Below, piece by piece: positions 28,485 through 32,000 of a DNA stretch of 32,000 nt (the stretch's first letter is position 1; each line of letters starts with the position of its first letter). Origin of the DNA: Vibrio vulnificus CMCP6 (GTDB lineage: Bacteria; Pseudomonadota; Gammaproteobacteria; Enterobacterales; Vibrionaceae); the NCBI RefSeq assembly GCF_000039765.1, contig NC_004460.2, positions 750,001-782,000 of the forward strand. Direction: 5' to 3'. Under the pieces are notes generated by a model. That model did not search any database, had not been told where the DNA came from, and was given only the letters and a program-made list of their open reading frames with translations. Made by a program: the position numbers and the translations under genes.

Positions 28485-29060
28485 ATGAAATTACTTAAAG
28501 CGTTTTGGAAGCGACTAAGCACTCCTAGTAAAGCAGCAGCGGGTATTTTGCTGTTCATGGGATTTGCTGGTGGTCTTCTATTCTGGGGCGCATTCAACAC
28601 GGGTATGGAGGCGACTAACTCAGAAGAGTTCTGTTCTGGTTGTCACGCTCCAATTGTTGCGGAAATCCAGGAAACGATTCACTACTCTAACCGTTCTGGT
28701 GTTCGTGCGATTTGTTCCGACTGTCACGTACCTCATGAGTGGACAGATAAGATCGTCCGTAAAGTGCAAGCATCAAAAGAGTTGTTTGCCCACTTCATCG
28801 GTACTATCGATACACCTGAGAAATTCCAAGAGCGTCGTGCTCACCTTGCTGAGCGTGAATGGGCTCGCTTGAAAAAGAATGACTCATTGGAATGTCGTAA
28901 CTGTCACGAGTTTGAATACATGGACTTTTCTGAACAAGGTGCGCGCAGTGCAAAACAGCACTCGACGGCATTGGCTTCTGGCGAAAAAACCTGTGTAGAC
29001 TGCCACAAAGGTATCGCTCACAAACTGCCTGACATGCACGGCGTTGAAGGCTGGCAATAA
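28485..29060 (+). CDS. napC: NapC/NirT tetraheme quinol dehydrogenase
   Basis: N-terminal TM; CSGCH, CSDCH, CRNCH, CVDCH. Confidence 0.97.
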   Translation: MKLLKAFWKRLSTPSKAAAGILLFMGFAGGLLFWGAFNTGMEATNSEEFCSGCHAPIVAEIQETIHYSNRSGVRAICSDCHVPHEWTDKIVRKVQASKELFAHFIGTIDTPEKFQERRAHLAEREWARLKKNDSLECRNCHEFEYMDFSEQGARSAKQHSTALASGEKTCVDCHKGIAHKLPDMHGVEGWQ

Positions 29061-29071
29061 GGAGAACAAGC

Positions 29072-29206
29072 ATGAGTACACTGGAATCGGTTATTTGGCA
29101 TGTTCTTGGTTATAGCGCTATGCCTGTCATTATTCTAACTGGGTTTGCTGGCGTTGCTGCCGTCTCACTCTGGTTACTGTCTTTGGGTAAAGACAAAGAC
29201 ATCTAA
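29072..29206 (+). CDS. 44-aa single-span membrane protein at end of nap operon (TIGR02808-like); not in supplied ORF track
   Basis: MSTLESVIWHVLGYSAMPVIILTGFAGVAAVSLWLLSLGKDKDI*, SD ggag 8 nt upstream, 11 nt after napC stop. Confidence 0.8.
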   Translation: MSTLESVIWHVLGYSAMPVIILTGFAGVAAVSLWLLSLGKDKDI

Positions 29207-29242
29207 GAATTCGTCAACTCTTTTGCCTATTTTGTTGATGAC

Positions 29243-29280
29243 AAAACCCCAGATGGTTTCCCATCTGGGGTTTTCTTTTT
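29243..29280 (+). terminator. Rho-independent terminator of nap operon
   Basis: AAAACCCCAGATGG-ttt-CCCATCTGGGGTTTTCTTTTT. Confidence 0.9.
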
Positions 29281-29341
29281 AGCATCTGAGACCATTTCTA
29301 TTCGGTGTTTTCGCTCTCTCTATCAGCCTTTATCACTGCCT

Positions 29342-30403
29342 CTATTCGAGTTCAATTGCATAAACTTGCTTCGTTGCTTCTCCTTGACTGTTTTCTCCTC
29401 CCAACAAGAGAAGAGTGTTCTCCATCATCACTGAGCAACCATAAGCCAGCCCCTGAGGCAGCAGACCAACACATGACCACCCTTCCCCATCAAAACACCA
29501 AATATCTCGACTGTAGTGTTTGATGAGCCCTTTATGGCTATACCACTGCCCTTTCTTATAGTTTTCTTGGCTACCGACAAAATAGGCACCGCCTGCCACG
29601 AGAAGTTGGCGCTGATTTGTCCCAGCAAAAGCCCCCGCCAGACCTTCGTGCAATGCCTGTTTATCAATGATCGAAGGGAAACGGTTACATTCCACTTCAC
29701 CATGGGTGCAAAAGCGATACTGCTTAGTTGTTACGCTGCGAAGACCCGGTTTTATCTCACCTTCAATCAATAAATAATTGTCTTGATAATGAAGAATAGA
29801 CGCACCGCAGTTAGCAGAATATGGATTGATGCTCAGCTCTCGCCATTGATGTGTCTGACAATCAAAACCAATAATGCTCTGATTCCAGCCATACGCGTGG
29901 ACTGGCTGAGACATAAAAGCCTCAAGCAAACTACGATGAGCGTCGCTACCGGGCGCGACATCACTCAGTTCTGCCACAAAAGAATCGAACGTCTCTTTGT
30001 TATAGCCGCCCCAAAACGCCAGTTGGCCTTGTTGCCACTCGCAACCACTGGCACCAAGAAGTCCAACAGGAGGAGGGGTTTGTATTGCTTGCCAACACCA
30101 TAATTCAGCATTGAAGAAATACCCATCCATCAGTACTTGTGTAGTTACAGTAGCCTCTGGTTGGCCTGCCCCCGAGAAAACGTAAAGACCATCAGCAACG
30201 GCAATGCAGACCGCATCGTTTCGCCGGCAACCGGGAAATTCAGGGGCGAGTTGCCACCCCCGCTCTCGCTTTGAATCTTCTAAGTAGAACAACTGCTGAC
30301 CAGCACTGCCTAAGCCAATAAAAATACGATCGCCGACTCTTGCCGCAATGCCATTCTTGATGCCAATGGGTAAAGCGGGAAATGTTTCACGAATATTGAG
30401 CAT
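29342..30403 (-). CDS. NanM-like N-acetylneuraminate epimerase/mutarotase paralog lacking a signal peptide
   Basis: Kelch-like repeats; LPIGIKNGIAARVGDRIFIGLGSAG, PVGLLGAS, LLVAGGAYFVG, LPQGLAYGCSV; begins MLNIRETFPALP with no hydrophobic leader. Confidence 0.85.
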   Translation of the reverse strand: MLNIRETFPALPIGIKNGIAARVGDRIFIGLGSAGQQLFYLEDSKRERGWQLAPEFPGCRRNDAVCIAVADGLYVFSGAGQPEATVTTQVLMDGYFFNAELWCWQAIQTPPPVGLLGASGCEWQQGQLAFWGGYNKETFDSFVAELSDVAPGSDAHRSLLEAFMSQPVHAYGWNQSIIGFDCQTHQWRELSINPYSANCGASILHYQDNYLLIEGEIKPGLRSVTTKQYRFCTHGEVECNRFPSIIDKQALHEGLAGAFAGTNQRQLLVAGGAYFVGSQENYKKGQWYSHKGLIKHYSRDIWCFDGEGWSCVGLLPQGLAYGCSVMMENTLLLLGGENSQGEATKQVYAIELE

Positions 30404-30414
30404 AACCCTTCCTG

Positions 30415-31569
30415 CTAATCGACGATGTCTATTTGGTTATTGTTGAGGCCAACAAGGTACACTTTGGTGCTCGCAGTGCGATCGGCCCGTTCTCCACCCA
30501 CCATCAATACACCGCCTTTAACACTGAATGATGCGCCATAAGCCAATCCTTCAGGCAGTTGACCCACTTGTTGCCAAACGCCTTTTTGCTTGGCGTATAT
30601 TTCGCTGTTGTAAGCTTTACTCAAACCGTTGTGCGCGAACATCTGGCCCGATTCAAACTGTGCTTTCGCGCCATGAAAATTTGCACCACCCGCGACGAGA
30701 AGGGTGTTACTCACCACTCCAGAATATGCTCCTGCAATTCCTTCTTGTTGCGCTTGTCCCTTGGCCGCTGGCAGAGCATAGGTACTTTGCCATGGCTGCA
30801 ATTCACCGTAAGTAAAGGTTTTTACTTCCGCGGTTCTCAAACCTGGTTTGATTTCGCCAGAAATGAGCGTGATACTCGGGCCGTCAATGACTGTTGCACT
30901 GCCACAATTAGGAAGATAGGGAGAGCGAGTCACAACGTCCCATTTATCGTTAGTAGGATTAAAACTCAGAACATCGCGATTCCATTGATACGCTAACGGC
31001 TCCATCCCCATGTAATCATCGACAATTTTCTGCCATTGTTCAGGCTGAGCTTTCTTATCCGTTCGAGTAATGTCAGCAAGGTACTTATCAAACAACGGTT
31101 TACTGTAACCACCGAAAAACAGCACCTGTTTACCATCAGGCGAATAAGAAGAAGCACCAAGTAGCCCAACAGGTGTTTGAGTTTTCACTTGATGCCAGCG
31201 GTTCGTCTGGGTATCAAAGCGATAAACCGTATCAAAAATAATGGGGGAACTTGCGTCATCAGACGCTTTGCCCGAACCACCAAAAACAAAAATGTTTTCA
31301 CCAACCACAGTTGCAGTCGCGCCGCTGCGTTCCGAACCAATAAACTCAGCAAGCAATGTCCAACCGTTTTGCGGCGCTTGGGTGTCCAGAACATAAAAGG
31401 ATTTTTCTGCCGAACCTAAACCAACATAAACCTTGCTGCCTATTTGGGCGCTAACCCCATTTTTTACCCCTATGGGCAGATCTGGCCAGTGATTGTTCGC
31501 TAACGCCATATGAGAGAGTAAAGAGGAAGAAGCCAGCAGCGGTAACAGTAAGTACTTTGTTTTCATCAT
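30415..31569 (-). CDS. nanM: N-acetylneuraminate epimerase (periplasmic)
   Basis: Signal peptide MMKTKYLLLPLLASSSLLSHMALA; NHWPDLPIGVKNGVSAQIGSKVYVGLG; Kelch-like repeats. Confidence 0.9.
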   Translation of the reverse strand: MMKTKYLLLPLLASSSLLSHMALANNHWPDLPIGVKNGVSAQIGSKVYVGLGSAEKSFYVLDTQAPQNGWTLLAEFIGSERSGATATVVGENIFVFGGSGKASDDASSPIIFDTVYRFDTQTNRWHQVKTQTPVGLLGASSYSPDGKQVLFFGGYSKPLFDKYLADITRTDKKAQPEQWQKIVDDYMGMEPLAYQWNRDVLSFNPTNDKWDVVTRSPYLPNCGSATVIDGPSITLISGEIKPGLRTAEVKTFTYGELQPWQSTYALPAAKGQAQQEGIAGAYSGVVSNTLLVAGGANFHGAKAQFESGQMFAHNGLSKAYNSEIYAKQKGVWQQVGQLPEGLAYGASFSVKGGVLMVGGERADRTASTKVYLVGLNNNQIDIVD

Positions 31570-31754
31570 TGTTTTTATTCCCTTATTGATGTGAATCCAA
31601 TCTTGATTGATTAAGATTTATCCTAATTATCGATTAATGAAAAAATATTTCTTTGATCAAACTTTCAATAAAAATATTTTTTATTAATTAAGTTAAGAAA
31701 AGATTCAAAAAAGGCTTACTCATAAGTAAGCCTTTGATAAGGAAATAAAGTTTA

Positions 31755-32000
31755 TTAATTTGCCATTAAAGGAATGACTACTTCTGCTGTTTCTTGCACC
31801 GAGTCTTTGTATTCCGGGTAGCTCTCTAATAAAGAGTTGACCAACACGTCCACTAAGAGCAGCGCGCCGACTTTCGAGGCAAAAGCACCACCTGTTAGTG
31901 GCCCTTCTGGTCTTGCAGCCACCAGCATTTCAGTTGAGAGAGAAGAGAGCGGGCTGTGATTGATGTTTGTCAGAGAAACGACGGGAATATCACGCTTATA
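31755..32000 (-). CDS. RpiR-family regulator, C-terminal SIS domain (truncated by window edge)
   Basis: ...YKRDIPVVSLTNINHSPLSSLSTEMLVAARPEGPLTGGAFASKVGALLLVDVLVNSLLESYPEYKDSVQETAEVVIPLMAN*, not in supplied ORF track; position beside nanM suggests a NanR-type regulator. Confidence 0.75.
   Translation of the reverse strand, partial: YKRDIPVVSLTNINHSPLSSLSTEMLVAARPEGPLTGGAFASKVGALLLVDVLVNSLLESYPEYKDSVQETAEVVIPLMAN

Noticed and set aside
1-32000. CRISPR arrays, tRNA/rRNA genes, intact IS elements.
   Set aside because: No regularly spaced repeats, no tRNA cloverleaf sequences with CCA/T-arm patterns and no full transposase were seen by eye; a tool scan would be needed to exclude degenerate cases.

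Overview
The window looks like a Vibrio-type chromosomal segment of about 32 kb. From left to right it contains: (1) a co-oriented block of an N-acyl-D-amino-acid deacylase-like amidohydrolase, a CobW/YjiA GTPase, a class A beta-lactamase-like protein and a class C/PBP-like serine hydrolase; (2) a minus-strand unit of a frameshifted HlyD-type adaptor, a DUF2955-type membrane protein and a phospholipase D-like lipoprotein; (3) a compact integrative element (about 10.0-15.95 kb) with a tyrosine integrase, CI-, Cox- and CII-like regulators, small ORFs, a ColE2-family plasmid-type Rep, a ParA N-terminal remnant and a collapsed DNA methyltransferase/HNH restriction cassette, but no virion genes; (4) guaC with a promoter-proximal hairpin in its leader, a small outer-membrane barrel protein, the bifunctional NAD(P)HX repair enzyme, and a PAS protein plus receiver-CheX-like pair; (5) narQP diverging from napFDABC, followed by a 44-aa membrane ORF; (6) two adjacent nanM-like sialate mutarotase paralogs, one exported and one apparently cytoplasmic, next to an RpiR-type regulator. 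The most interesting region is the chimeric phage/plasmid element with its degenerate R-M cassette. The beta-lactamase-like protein with an apparently enlarged omega-loop region comes second. No tRNA, rRNA or CRISPR array was recognised. All family assignments come from reading motifs by eye; no database search was run.
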